64,000 nt of DNA. Source: Christensenella sp. UBA7862. GTDB lineage: Bacteria > Bacillota > Clostridia > Christensenellales > UBA1242. Positions 1 to 15,000 of the stretch are shown piece after piece. Position 1 is the first letter of the stretch, and the number at the start of each line of letters is the position of its first letter. The position numbers and the translations under genes were made by a program. The notes beneath the pieces are model-generated. The model did no database searches, was not told where the DNA came from, and worked only from the letters and a program-made list of their open reading frames with translations. The stretch covers positions 185,488 through 249,487 of the forward strand of contig DLSM01000006.1 in NCBI GenBank assembly GCA_002500135.1, given 5' to 3'.

Positions 1-3000
1 GAAAACATAAATGACGGCGGTGCAATTTCAAACTTTGGCACAACAAAAATAGAGGGTGGCACACTTCAAAGCAACATGGCAAGGAATGGCGGTGCAATAG
101 CAAACTATGGCGTGCTTGAAATAAAGAATGCAACCTTAACTCGCAACTTGGCGAATGTTAAAACGCCAGCAACTGGTGTTACATATGGCTACGGCGGTGC
201 AGTTTATCAAAAGAAATACACTTCGTTAGCTGAAACAAGCGAAACACTTAAAGTTACATTCACACAATCAACACTTTCTTACAACAGGTCGTTTGCTTAT
301 GGCGGGGCAATAGGCGTCACAGACGGCGAAGTTCAATTTGACGGCGCAACAAACGAAACTGCAACAACAATCACAAACAACTACTCTCGTGCGGGGGCAG
401 CAATTTACTCATGCGTGCAACTTTTTGTCAAATCTTTGTTTGTCGAATACAATCAAACAACCTCCGGCAAAAACAGTTCAATCTTCCTCAAAGGTCAAGG
501 GGAAATGATGAGGTTTTATGGCGGAACGGCAGCAGACACTCCAAACGCTTCGGCTCCAGCAATCACTATAAGCGGGCAAGTGGTGCTTTATGACACTTCA
601 AACTCATCTGACTATGGAACATATCCTTACATCAGACAACTCTGCAATGTTGCGGGGCAAATGTATGTTTATTCCATGAAAGAGGGCGAAAACAACTCTG
701 ACGTCATGATAAACGACATCGGCAGAGTGCTTGTCGTAGCAGAACGTGGAACAAACACAGATGTTTATGGATATAGCAGTTCAGTCAACACAAAAATTGC
801 AGTTATAACAACTCACCCAGAAGTGGCAGCGAAGTTTACAAGCGGCGAAAATGTTTCTCTTGTAGAAGTTGGTGGCGAGTTCAGTTTCTATCTTTTCAAA
901 ACAGCGGGAATTACACAACCAAGCGACACTTCAAAAGACCAAGACAACGAAGCAGATGTTACAGAAAACACTTGGGTCAAAGTTACAGCAGAATATGGTG
1001 ATATATATACAGATTATATTGAGTCCTCTGACCAAAGAAATATCAAACTTTCTTCAAACGGCGAATCTGCTAGAAGATTTGAGCAAAGCGGGCAAGCAAT
1101 AAGTGGATATGCATACATGATAGGTGGATATTCATGGAATCTTAACACTCAAGTGCGTTTTGGACTTAATATGCGTGCAGAGTGGACAATAGCAAACCCA
1201 GTGTTCACCGTTAAGGCAGAAATTCTTGACGAAAACGACGAAGTTGTGGGAACTTCAGACAACGCAGCAACTGACGAAATTGTAACAAACTATGGCAAGA
1301 GAATAAAACTTTCCATTGCCATTCAAAACAAAAATGAAAACGCAAGTGACGGCTATAAATATTCATATGAATGGAAATGGATGGACGGCTCAAGTTCAGC
1401 ACAAAATTCATTTAGCCAAAACATAAAGAATGATATTATTCAAAACGAACTCATACTAAAACACGTTTTCTCAGCACAAATTATTGTTCAAGTTATGGTC
1501 ACTGGCAAGGGAATAAATGACTTAGCAGAAAAGACAACAAATAGTTTTGTAGTTTGCAACAACATCAGAATAGACCCAGCACAACTTGGACTTTCACTTG
1601 TGGAAAAAGAATTTGTCTATAACCACAACGAAAGAAACCCACTATACAAAAACGGGCAATATGTCGCAGAAGCAGCGGACGAAAACTACAACTTGTCAAT
1701 CAGCAAACTTAACGGCGAAACCGCTTCGACGAGTGGCAACCCAATCACGCTTCCATACAACGAGCGTCTTTCAAGTTTGCAACTCAGCGGTTCAATGTTT
1801 GTTATGGCAAACGGGGTTAAGCAACCAATAACAAGTGCAATTCAAACGGGCAAATACATTGTTGACATCAATTCACAGCTTGCAGCAAGCGGCAGCATGG
1901 AAAAACCAGATGACAGCGGCTATGACTACTTTGGATATATGGACTATGTGCTTGTGGAAAACACAGACAAAGATTGGAGCATAACCCCACTTCAAGTTGA
2001 AGTTGAAAAATGGGTCTATGCACAACAAACGGGCGTAGAAAGTTTCAAAATTGTTGGCGACTACACAAACTCAATTCAAAATCTAAGTGGATATTCATTC
2101 ATTGTTTTGCCAGTGTTCAAAAACACAGCAGGAGATTATGTCCGATTTAAACTTCAAACAACATTTACCTCAGCCGCTGGCGCAACAGAAACAAAAGAAG
2201 TGATTGTTGTATATCCACAAACGGGCTTTAATGTTGGCGACACAGTCACAGTGCTTGGCGACATTGACAACTTCAGTTCAAAACCTAGTGAACTGGGCGG
2301 CTTTAGCAGCGAGGGGACACTTAAAACAGTTCTCAGCATGGTGAATGACTATGCAGAGGAAAACGGCAGCATAAGTCGTGGCAATTATGTTTGCACAAAC
2401 ACAACTCTCGATTGGGCAATCACAAGAACTCAAGCCATTGTGGCAAACTGGTTTGTCGGCTTTGTTGGCGACAACGCAACAGAAACAATAAATTACACCT
2501 ATCTTGAAGACGGTGAACTTAAAGTTAATGGCGAATATTATGATGAAGCGGAAAACAAGTTTGTTGTTGCAGACAAGTTCTCCTATGGTGGCGGAATAAA
2601 CGGCAACGGCAAACTCGGCGTGGGCGTAAACTTCTTGAACTTCGCAAACGGCACAACGGGCATTGTTTCAAGCGGACTTAGAGTTAAACTTGATGTCGTG
2701 GGACAACTTTACAGTGGGCTAAATTTCACCACAAGCAAGGAATATGTCGTCACGAGCGGTAATGTTGTAATTTCAGAAGACGCTGACTCTTTTGTCAAGT
2801 TGTATGACGGTGTGGGCAATACAAATGCAGGTGTCTATACAATAACAATTTCATTTATCTATGGCGATGATACAAGTTATGACATGGCATCGGCATATCT
2901 TTACACGCTCACTCTTGTCGTGAACAAACAAGTCCTCCACACAAATTGGGTGGGTGACCTAACAAGCGACACAAATGTCTACAACGGCAACAACAAAGCA

Positions 3001-6000
3001 GTCACAGTCGAAAACGCTTCGGGATATAGTTATTTGACTTATCTTGCTCAACTGAACGAAGACGGCGAATATATAACAGATATCAGAACTTACACCCAAA
3101 ACGGCAGTTCAAACATTCAACAAGTAAAAGACGCTGGCACATATATCACCTTTGCTTCACTCCCAGCAGCAGACCAAGCAAATTATATCTTGGAGCCAGA
3201 CTATCTCATTTGGACAGTTAAGCCAAGAACTTTGACCATTAAGAATACAAGTTTTGAAATTGAGTGGAACGGTGCAGTTCAATCTTACAGACCAACACTA
3301 GACGGCGTTTTGATACAAGACAGCGGAAAAACTATTGTTCTTTTTGATGAAACATTTGACAAATCTGACATCAACGAAACAGGCGACCCATATGTTGCAG
3401 TTATGGAAATTGCAGACAGCAACTATGCCTTCGTGTCAGCGGGAGCGTATCAAAGCGAACAAGAAGTTAGGTGGAGAATTGTCAGAAAAACACTCACTGT
3501 TTCATGGCAATTTAAAGACGGTGACGTGGTGGACGGCGAGGTTATGCCAAGCAGCAGCACAGTCAGCACCTCTCACGTCTATAGCGGCAACACCTATTAT
3601 CCAACCATCGTCCTTGGCGGCTTTGTTTCCGTTCAAAGCAAAGTCTATGACCAAGTTACAAGCACAGTGACATTTGCAAAACAAGGCATGGAAGAATACA
3701 CTGGTTCGCCAAAAGACGTTGGCACCTACACAGCAACAGCCAGCACTCTTAAGGGCTTGGGCGACAGCGAAGACTACAAATATTATAGACTTCCAACTCT
3801 CTCTAGCGGTGTTATAGACCCAGACAAAGCGTCAATATGCTGGACAATTACAACAAGGGAAATCGATATTGTGTGGGGTGAAAATTCCTTCACCTACACA
3901 GGTGGCGAGCAAGTAGTTACTGCAACTCTTGACGAACAATACAGAAACGAGGGATATTCTCTTGTCCTAAGTGGCAACAGAGGCACCGACTGCGGCTCTT
4001 ATGTTGCGATAGCAACTCTAACTAGGGCAAGCAATGGAACGATTAACTACGAAATCAGCAACCCAGAATATCCATGGGTCATTGCAGAAAAAACAGTCAA
4101 CCTCGTATTCACAAATGACGCAAAATACACTTACAACGGCAGCAAACAATTTACAAAAGCAACAATCAAGTCGGGCGACATTGCAAACGCAGACATAAAT
4201 GCAGTGGCAATCGGCGTAAAATACTTCAATCAAGACGGAACAGAAATTTCTGAAAGCGAGATTGTGAATGTAGGTAAATATTCCGCTACATACAGCCTTG
4301 TTATGATTGGAAGCGGTGACGAATGTAAAAATTATGTCTTGGACGTGGCAAGCAGAACTTGCTCATGGGAAATCACTCCATTCTCTCTTTCCGCCAGATG
4401 GCTTGACAACGACACAAAAGAAGAAGTTACAAGCGGTGAAACACGACCATTCATTTCCGCTCAATCCACAAAGTATATCTTCTATTACATCCTAAGTGGC
4501 AAGAACAATGCAACCCCACCAGACGGCATGGAAGATGTTACAGTGGAATTTGGAAAGAGAAGCGGCAGAGATGCTTCCTCACTTACAATGACACTTAAAA
4601 TGAGTGAACTGCTAAAAGACAAAGAATTCTTTGTCCAATCGGACTACTTCACAAACGCTGGCGAATATTACATTGAAATTAAGAGTATTACGGGCGATAA
4701 CGGCAAGTCAAATTACACCCTTTCAAGCGACACTATGAGAATTGACTTCAAAGTTACCCCAGCACAAATTCTTATCGGCAGAACATATGACGACAATGAC
4801 ACAACAGGCATACATGCTGAAGATTGGTGCGTTGCAAGGTCATATGGCTCAAGCACAACAACAGTCCTAAATTCACCTTGGATTTATGACACTCAAAGAA
4901 AAACAATCAACATTCTCTTAAGAGATATTTCTGGCACACAACTCGCTCCAACCAGCGACTACACCGTTTCCAACGCTCAAAGCGAAAGAGCAGGCGTATA
5001 TGACGCAGTTGTAACTTTGATAAATCCAAACTACGCACTAGGCACAATGAACAATGGCGTGTTCACAGAGGTTTCAAGTTGCAGAGTTCGTTGGTCAATC
5101 AAGCCAAAAACTGTATCATTTAACTGGCCAGACGCAAACGAGTTTGAGTTCTCTGGCTCAAATATCACAGTTTCAGTTTTGAGCATTGACGGAATTTTGG
5201 AAAACAGTGCGGGCGTTAAAGACGCAGTGGGTATAGCAAGTTATGCAATCGACATGGCAAACAACATTACAAATGTTGCAACAGACATCAACAAAAATGA
5301 CGAATATTACACCGCTCGTGTCCAAGCACTCAACAACAGCAACTACACAGTTTCTGGCTCGGCAAACACTTCCTTCCGTTGGAAAATTATCAAACGCAAA
5401 CTCGTTGTAAATTGGAGTATCAATAATTCTGACTCTATCGTTACAAGTCAAAATGGCATATTCTCAGTTGAATACGCTGGGCAAAGAAATGCAAGATATT
5501 TTGTCCCAACATTTGCCAACCTCATTGACGGCATTGATAGACCTCAACAAACTTTGCAATATGGCATAAGAGTTAATGACGGACAAACTGTTACAGACAA
5601 AGATAGCATTTTTGCCGTTGGAACATACAGATGTATCCTCTCCATTGGCGACAACGACTACTACACTCTTGACAACACCATTGGCACAGGCTATTGCGAT
5701 TGGGAAATTATTAGGAAAAATGTTAGAATAAATTGGAGTTCGCTTTCACTTATCTACACAGCCGAAGCCCAACGACCAACACTCACATTGTCGGGAATTT
5801 ATGAAAGCATTGCAGAAAACGGAATTCAACTTATATTCTACAATGCAGACAGTTCTACAATAGGAACAGCCGCTCCAAAAGAAGTTGGTGTGTATGGCGT
5901 AAAAGTTGACAAAACAGAATTTGAAAGACTATACACAAACTATCAAATTCAAGACGCAAACAATCAAATTGTTTCTTGGCAAATCACAAGAAGAAGTGTG

Positions 6001-9000
6001 TCTTTCAGCGGCTATCAACCAAACACTGCAGGTTCTATGGTCTATGACGGCAATGCTCACTATTATTATGCAGAGGGCAGAGATGCTGGTGGCACTTCGT
6101 CCATGGGGCTAGACACAGCTTCTCAACCAGAAAGTATCATAAGTGATATGGGCAGAAATCTGTTCTTGTATCCAGTTATCTCTTATGTAGATTCTGCAAG
6201 CAACGAACATATAGTTTCTTCAACATTCACTTTTAACAATAGCCTTGACGCAACTGCAATAAGAGCGTTAATTCAAGAAGTTTATGACAGTTGCACTGCA
6301 GCAGGTCTATATACATTGTCATTCAAACTTTATGACAGAAATGGTCTTGCAACAAACTACGAACTTGGCGTTTCGCAACCAACATATTCTTGGACAGTTT
6401 CTCGCCGTGTCGCAACATTCACTTGGCAAGGCGGTGACGCAGACAACTCAAATTGGAAGCGTGACGACCAAACGGGAACATGGTTTGTTACATATGACGG
6501 ACAAGAACACAGATATTCCGCCATTGTCAACAACAAAATTGGCACAGACGATGTCTATGTAAGTTCCTACGGCAACGCAACATTCAGAGCAGCAGGTAAA
6601 TACACAGCCACAGTCGAAGGACTTTCTGGCACAGCAGCAACCAACTATCAAATTGACGGCACAAGGTCGCAAAGCGATTGGATAATTGCAAAACGAGAAG
6701 TTGAAATCATTTGGAATCAAGGGGCATTATCCTCCACAAGTACGGGCTATACTGCAGTCTATTCGGGCGAAGAACTAGGGTTCACCGCTTCAATCAATGT
6801 TTATGGCGATGACGATGTTAAGCCAGTCGTCACACTTTCAAGTTCTGGCGGCTGGAGCAGTTCTATAAATGCTGGCACATACACAGCAACTGTAACTGGA
6901 CTGTCAGATACACTAGCAGCAGCCAACTACACCTTGCCAAACAGCAATAGGTCAAGAACTTGGACAATCACTCCAAAAGAAATAACTTTGTCTTTCCCAA
7001 CAGACCTAACAGTCACTGGCACAACAGTCACCGCAGTTTACACTGGCTCAGACATTGAGTTTAAGGTTAATTTCGTTGGCGTGTTCGATAGCGACATTCA
7101 CTATCTCAGCCCACAATTCAGTTATGTAAGAGTCCTCGACCGACTTTCTTCAAGCGACCAACTTATTGTGGAAAATGTTGTGTCCATTGGCTCAGCAAAA
7201 ATCAAAAACGTTAACATTGATGACGAAAGTTGGCAAAATGTAACAATTTCACTTGTGTCTTCCGAACGTCCAGAAGTCGCAGGCAACTACAGACTAAAAA
7301 CTGGCGAAGAAAGTTGTAAATTTATCGTTACAAAGAAAGCAATCACACTCACTGGCTGGAAGGTTGGCACAACAACATTCTCAGACGGCACAGCAAGAGA
7401 AAACGCTTACAGATTTAACGGCTCAGAAAATGTCCCAGAACCTCAAATTACAGGTCTTGACGGAATTGTATCACCTCTAAAATACACATATAAATATAGC
7501 AGAAATTCGTCCTTCCCAGCGGAAACTTCTTCCGATTGGCAAAACGTTGACGAAGGTTATCTTGTCCATGCAGGCAAGTTTATGGTGACAGCAGCCTTAG
7601 ACGGCAAACTTGCTCAAAACAACTTCGTTCTTCAAACGGGTTCAATTCTAAACTTCCGTTATGAAACAACACAATATACGCCAAATATAACAGTCATTCC
7701 TTTGAAAATGGGAGATATGCGCACAGACGCCACAGCGGAAGAAAAGCAAACAATAGTCTTAGTAGTTGTCAATTCAGCAAATGGAAACATTGTTGCGGGA
7801 AGTGGCACAGACTACATCTTCCCACGTGGGCAAGTTACACTTAAAAACGGCTCAAACACTCTTAATGTCCAAAATCTTGTTGTAAAAACAGCAGCAACCA
7901 CAAGCGACTATGCAAAATACACCGCTTATGACGCATTTAACATGCTTCTTGCAACGGGCGGCGACAACAACTTGATGTTTGCCATTATGACCTACACCGA
8001 AACAGCCGAAGACCAATATCACCCAACAATAACATTCTCTGCAAACGTCAGCGACCTCACAAACATGGCAGATTATGCTTCAGTTCAAGATATGGCAGTC
8101 GATTCAGACGCTTTCGTCCCACAAAACAAAGCACAAACAAGTCCAGTTGGATTGTATTACGCTTTGGGCGATAGTTATGTAAAAGTCAACGACAATTTGA
8201 CACTTCTAAACGCAAACGGTGGCGCACTTGTCTATGGCGATACAATAACACTTTATGTCTTTGGCGGAATTAGCCTTGACACAAATAGTTATGGCGTGAA
8301 ACTTTTTGGCAGAAATGACGCAATTTTGGATAGACTTTCCGCAAGCGACACAACAAAAGACGTCAACGGAATTCGTTGTGCAATTTCCATAACCTCAATG
8401 ACCGTTGCAGACGGTTTCTCGGAATTCTATACAAATTATTACAACTCACTAAGTGAAACAGAGAAGAAAATAAATGCAAGAATTGATGTTGGAACATATG
8501 TAAAAGTTGAAATCACACTATTAAGCACTGGCACATCATACATTTGGGGCTATAAGCAAGGTGGAATTTTGACCGAAAATGAGAATGTGACAAGTTACAA
8601 CGAAGCGTTGTCCCCTCGAGCAAAACTTGTTGTCGAAAAGAAAGAAATCTTGCTCAACACTCCAGACGCTCAACTTGACTATGGCGACAACTCAGCAACA
8701 TTTGTTAGGACGGGTTCAGCCATTCCATACAACTACTTTGCAATTCCAGGCACAATATATCCAAGTTCCGCCATTGGCTCAGACGGATTCACTGCGGTTG
8801 ACATCTTCGAAAACTCGGGCGTTCTTGAAAGTGACAAGGCAGAACTCGAAGCCCTAGTTTCTCCAGTTGTGGATAACATTTCAAGACTTTCCCCAGGCAA
8901 AAACAGTGGCACTGTAAGAATTAGTTTTGTCCATGACAATTATGAAATTTCTTCAACCACTGGTGCAGTTTGGGTCTTAAGCCAACTTGTCGATTCAAGT

Positions 9001-12000
9001 GACGTCACAGTGCAGTTTAAATATCGTTATGTCTATGACACAACAGAAAAACTTGTGCTAGATAGCGACATTACAGTCTATGTAAAAGGTGTATTGTTCA
9101 CAGACTATCACATCATGAGCATTGCAAACAATGTTAATGCTGGTGATGCAAAAATTTATCTTGCAATAGGTGTTGACGCAGAAGGCAATCCAAAAGCAAG
9201 CTCGTTTACATCGGGCAAAAATGCAAGCGGCGGAGCAATCTCATTTGAAAAATCTTTCACCATTGACGCCTTGAACCTTGACCAAACGTCACAAAAACAA
9301 CTTGGAACAACAGAACTTTATTATGGCGTGGCAAACAAAGCGTTGGTCTTTGACCCAGCACTCAGTGACAGCACAACTTACACTGGGGCAAATATCACAA
9401 AGACAATGCAAAATCAAATCTACATCACAAACAACACAGACATTGCCTACATTTCTTCCAGCAACTTCACAACAACATATTCAAATAACCTAAACGCTGG
9501 CACAGCAACACTCACAATTATCGGACAGGGCAACTTGACTGGACGAAAAGTAATAACATTCAGAATTTTGCCAAAGACAATTACAACAGCGGACATTGGG
9601 GAATATGAACTTACAGTTGCTGGCGAAACAAGCAAAGAGTTTACCTACACTGGCGGAAGAATTAAACCTCTTATCACCTCAGTCAAACTTAAAGACCTCA
9701 ACAAGAGCCTATCGTTTGACCCAAATTACACTTATCTTATGGCAAACGGCAGTTCCATTGTGAACTATGACGGCAACCCAGTTGACGTGGGCGAATATGT
9801 TATCAGAGTAACAATCACTGGCGACTATCCAACTCAAAACTACACTGGAACAGTAGATTTAGGTTACAAAATTGTCCAAATGAACATTGAGGGCAATAAC
9901 CTTGTCACAATCAACATAAATGACAACAGCCTCGTCTATAACGGCAACAACTTGTCGCCAATCGTCACAGTTTTAAGAAATGGAACAAATTACAATGCAG
10001 AAACAAAAACTTTTGCATGGGAAAGCAACATTTCCATTACAAACGACTTTGAACTTTCATACACTGGCGATAGAAAAAATGCTGGCGAACACGAAGTTGT
10101 AATTTCTGCCAAAGCGGGAACAAACTTCACTGGAAGTGTTACAAAAACATTTGTTATAAAGCAGAGAAATGTGGCAGATGTTAACTTTGTGGTGACACCT
10201 CAAACCTTTGCTGGTGCAAGAATAACCCCAGTTTTCCAAGACATAACAGCAACCCTCGGCGAATATATCCTCATTCAAGACGACTTTGACTATTCAGCAC
10301 TTGGCGAAAACATAAATGTTGTTATTGACGCAACGGGAACTCCAGTTTATGGCGGCAGCATAACAGTTTCTGGGCGTGGCAACTTCACTGGAACAAAATC
10401 TGTTGAATTTGTCATAACTCCACTTGAAGTCACCTCAGAAAACAGCAATATGTTCGCAGTTACTCTTGACAGAACTTCATTTGAATACACTGGCGAAGAA
10501 CTAAAACCAAATATCGAAGCAATCTCGTTTATCGTGGGCAACAGTTCATTCCCACTTGCAATCTCCAACTGGACAAGCAAAGATTATGAATATCTAAACA
10601 ACATCAACGTCCCTCAAAACTCTTCTGCAAGCCCAACAATCAGAATAACCCTCAGCGGCAACTTCACTGGCACTCTCGACAAGACCTTTGAAATTTTGCC
10701 ACAAGAAATTAAAGACGGCTTGTTCTTCATTGTTGACGACACAGATGACTTGCAAGACACAATGACATCACTTTCACTCAACTTGTCACCAACAACATAC
10801 ACTGGTGCAAGACAAAACAAAGCAGTGGCAGTGTATAGAAAGGTGACCCTCGGTGACGGAAGCGTCCAATATATTAGAATTGCAACAACAAATGAAAATA
10901 ACAACAACCTGCCAAACTTCAGAGCAGAAAGTTTAACCCGAGTTGTAGAAACTCCACAAGAAGCAGACTATGCAATATCCGCTGGCTCAGCGTATGTAAA
11001 AATCACTGGTCTTAACAACTACACAGGCTCAATCTATTCATTCTTCTCAATAGACCCACTTGACCTAAGCGTAGCCCTTGAAAATTGGCTTGCAAACGGA
11101 CAAGACGAGAACGTTGACGGCAGAATTATGCTAGACAACTACACAGGCAAGGGAACATATGGCGACACAGACACGTTTATGTTTGACGCTTCAGCCACAT
11201 ATACAGGCTCAAGCATTGTTCCAAACTTTGTCCTAAGTCTTTTAGTTGGCAACAGCAGAGTTCAACTTTCAAAACGTGCAACTCAAAACGCAAGCGGTGA
11301 CTATTATGTAGGAATTCTAAACGGCTGCATAAATGTCGCAAGCGAAAACGTGTTGTTCGTTGTGGGATATGGCAACTTTACAGGCACAGCCTATCTTCAA
11401 TTTGAAATTTCACCAATGAACATCTTGGGACTTCTTGACGGCGTGAAAATTCAAGATGTGGAATACACGGGTTCGGAAGTCAGACTAGAAAATCTTGTGT
11501 TCCTCATGGCAAATGGGAGCATTGGACTTAAGAACGGGCAAACAAGCCTTGTCCTTGGCACAGACTACATTCTTCAATATGACGGCACACAAGATAAGAC
11601 AAATGTCGGCACAAAGACTATCGTTATCATTGGACAAAACAACTATGCCTCAACTGGCGAACCAGTCAAAATGACTTTCAACATTGTCCAAAGAAATATG
11701 TCACTTTATGCTGACGAGTTTGTGTTCAACTTGACTTCACCAAAATATTATAAGGGCAAAAATGTCCCAACAACTCTTGCGGCCTCTGACTTTGAACTTA
11801 AATTTGTCTATGGCACGCATGAAGAAACCTTGAACTTGTTTGACAATCAAACAGGACTTGGCAACTTCACAATCAAGAGTTATGAAAACAATACATCTTC
11901 GGGCATTGCTACAGTTGTGTTTGAAGCAATAGGCACCTCAAACTTCACAGGAACAGTTGCAAAGCAATTTGTCATTTCACCAAAAGATATTGCAACTGCT

Positions 12001-15000
12001 GAGGACCTTTTGATAGACCTTCCAACCCCAACAAGCATTGTGGGTGGCGTATATCTCTATAGATACAACATGGGCGAAGTAAAACCTCAACTTGAAATAA
12101 CAGACGCTGGCGAAAAACTTGTGCTTGACACAGATTATCAAGTTATCTATACAAATTGTCAACGTGTGTCACACGACACAAACGGCACAATGATTTCAAG
12201 CAATATGCCAACAGCAACAGTCATCTTCAAAGGCAACTACACAGGCAGACTTGCAAAATCTTATGGCATTTCAAAAATTGCCTTGACTATGGACGATGTG
12301 ACATTTGACCTTCCAACTCCAACATACACAGGGGCGGAAATTAAGATTTCACCTTCTATGATTAAGATGAAACTTAAAGAAACATTGTTTAGCAAAGCAT
12401 ATGCGTTCACAGTCAACGACTTTGTCCTAACTCGTGACGGCTTCTTTGAAAACACAAGCGAAAACATAAACGCAACAAGCCTTGACGGACTGGGAAATTA
12501 CACCCAAGAGAATAAAGGCAAGTTTAAAGTGAAATTTGCGGGCAGTGCAAGTGACGTGTTTGCGGGAGAATTTGAAATTGAGTTTAACATTGCAAGACGA
12601 GATATCTCGCAAGCAAACTTCAACAGCAACTTCTTCACAAGCGAAACTTACACAGGCACAAACATCGGCAAAAATTATGAAGTGACATTTGGCGGTCAAA
12701 CCCTTGTCCTTGACAAAGATTACACCTTAACATATAAAGACAACAAGAACGTTGGCCAAGCAACTGTAACAGTTAAGGCAGTGGAGGGCAGTGGCGCACA
12801 CAATTTCAAAGGTTCAACAGACATCACTTTTGCAATCACTCCAAAAGACATCTCAGACGAAGACATTTCCTTTGTGGTGGCGGCAACTCCAAACTACAAC
12901 TATGGCAAGGCAATCTCACTTGAAAGTAAGGATTTGATTGTCACAATGCAAGTTGGCGGCAGCACCTACACATTCAAATATGCAACAAACGATTCTGGCG
13001 ACTTTGAAATTTCACGTTATGAAAACAACATTGACGCTGGCGTTGCAACTGTTTGGATAAAAGGTCTGGGTAATTTCACAGGCGAAAGGTCTTGCAACTT
13101 CACAATCTTGCCAGTTGCCATTACAAATGTTGTCATAAAGAACAACACCTTGGCTGGCACAAGAAGCGAAACATTTACAGGCAAACAAATTATGCTTGAC
13201 GACAGAACACTTGAAGAAATTGCAGCGGGCGAAGACTCTTACTTTGAAGTGGTCGTCAACAACATGGAAGTTTTGAAAATCTACAACTCCTATGTATCTT
13301 CAAACTATGGATATATAAACGAGTATCAAAACAATATCCACGTGGGGATTGCAACTCTTAACTTCATGTTGTCCTCAAACTATGAAGATGCAACGCAAAC
13401 TGCAACATTTGAAATCACTCCAAAAATGTATTCGCAAGATAGTTTCTTCATTCCTCACATTCGCGACCAAGTTAAGACTGATAACCCAGCAACACCTGTG
13501 TTTACACTTGACTACTGTGACGACACACTCAAATTCCTATACACAAACGAATTAGGTGAGGCGGAATGGCTAGAACTTCCAGCAGCCAGCGATAACGGCG
13601 TTGCGAACTATACATTGAGTTATGTCAACAACACAGACTATGGCATGGCAACAGTGACAATAAGATTTAATGGCGACTTTGACGGCATTGCATATGCACA
13701 ATTTGCCATTATCAAAGCCTACTCCCCAACAGACGTCACAATAACTGTAACTTTGAAAGGCAGCACAACAATCACCTACACTCGTGACCTTGTGCTTGAT
13801 GACTTGACACTTTATGCCAACACTTTGGCTACGGGTGCAAAACTTGAATGGCTAAACGGCAGCACAAAGATAACTTATGTTGGCGAACAAACCTTTGACG
13901 CTTACTACAACGAAAATCCACAAGAATACTCCGACAGCCTAATTAAGGTTACATTCAGAGTGGAACGTGGCACATTTACAGAAGCAGACAAAGCAAATAT
14001 CCAAAGCAAAGTCTATGCAGATAAAGACCAAGACAGATTTGGTGCTTACACATCGCTTTATCGTGTGCCATACTTCATGGGACTCCAACTTGCCAATGTC
14101 ACCCTTCCAATGGGTTATAGGTGGAAAGACGGCGAAGAAGATAAGTTCTTCACTGCAAGTGACAAGATAACTGGTTCAACAGAACTTGGACTTAACGAAC
14201 CTTGCAAAACTTATATTCTTCAAGCAGTTTATGACGGCGAAGAAAACTTGTTCGGCACATATGACATAACAGTCAAAGTTTGTGTCGTCAGAGGAACCCT
14301 CTTGCCAGAAAACTTTGCAAAAACTTTCTACATCACCTATTCTCCAGACACTTTCTATCGTGACCTAGAGTTCTTCAATCAAACTTCATGGCCATGGAGC
14401 ATAAAGGAAAACGGCGTGTATATTGAAGGTTGGAACGAACAAGTCGTTGTGTCAAGTGAAGGGCTTAGACTTAAAATGATTTACAACCCACTTAGAGCCA
14501 TTGACAACAAAGCGTTAAAAGAAGGTGGCTTCTTAACAGCAGTCTATGGCAACAAGCAAAACTACAACCCAGTTGAAACTTATGCAACAATTTATGTTTC
14601 ACAAGCAAAATACACAAGGGAAGAAGTGTTAAATGAAGAAAATGTTGCACAACTAGCAGTGATAGAAAGCACAAGTTACAAAGCGGCAAAAAATCTTGAC
14701 ATCTCAACACTCAATATCACCCTTCCAACGGGCTTTAGTTTCAGAACGCCAGAACAAAAATTGTATTTTGGCTCAAACGTTGTGGAACTTGTATATCACG
14801 GTCAAATTCTTGTTGACGGAGAATTGGTTGACGACCCTAACTATCAAACTTATGGCGAAGACTTGTCCGAAAGAATAACTATAACTCTTAACTTAATTGC
14901 TCCAGACTTCACATATTATCTAACAGACGAAGGTGCTGATAGCATTATCACCCTTCCAAATGGAGAAAGAGCAATCTTAAGACAAAACGGTGACGCACTC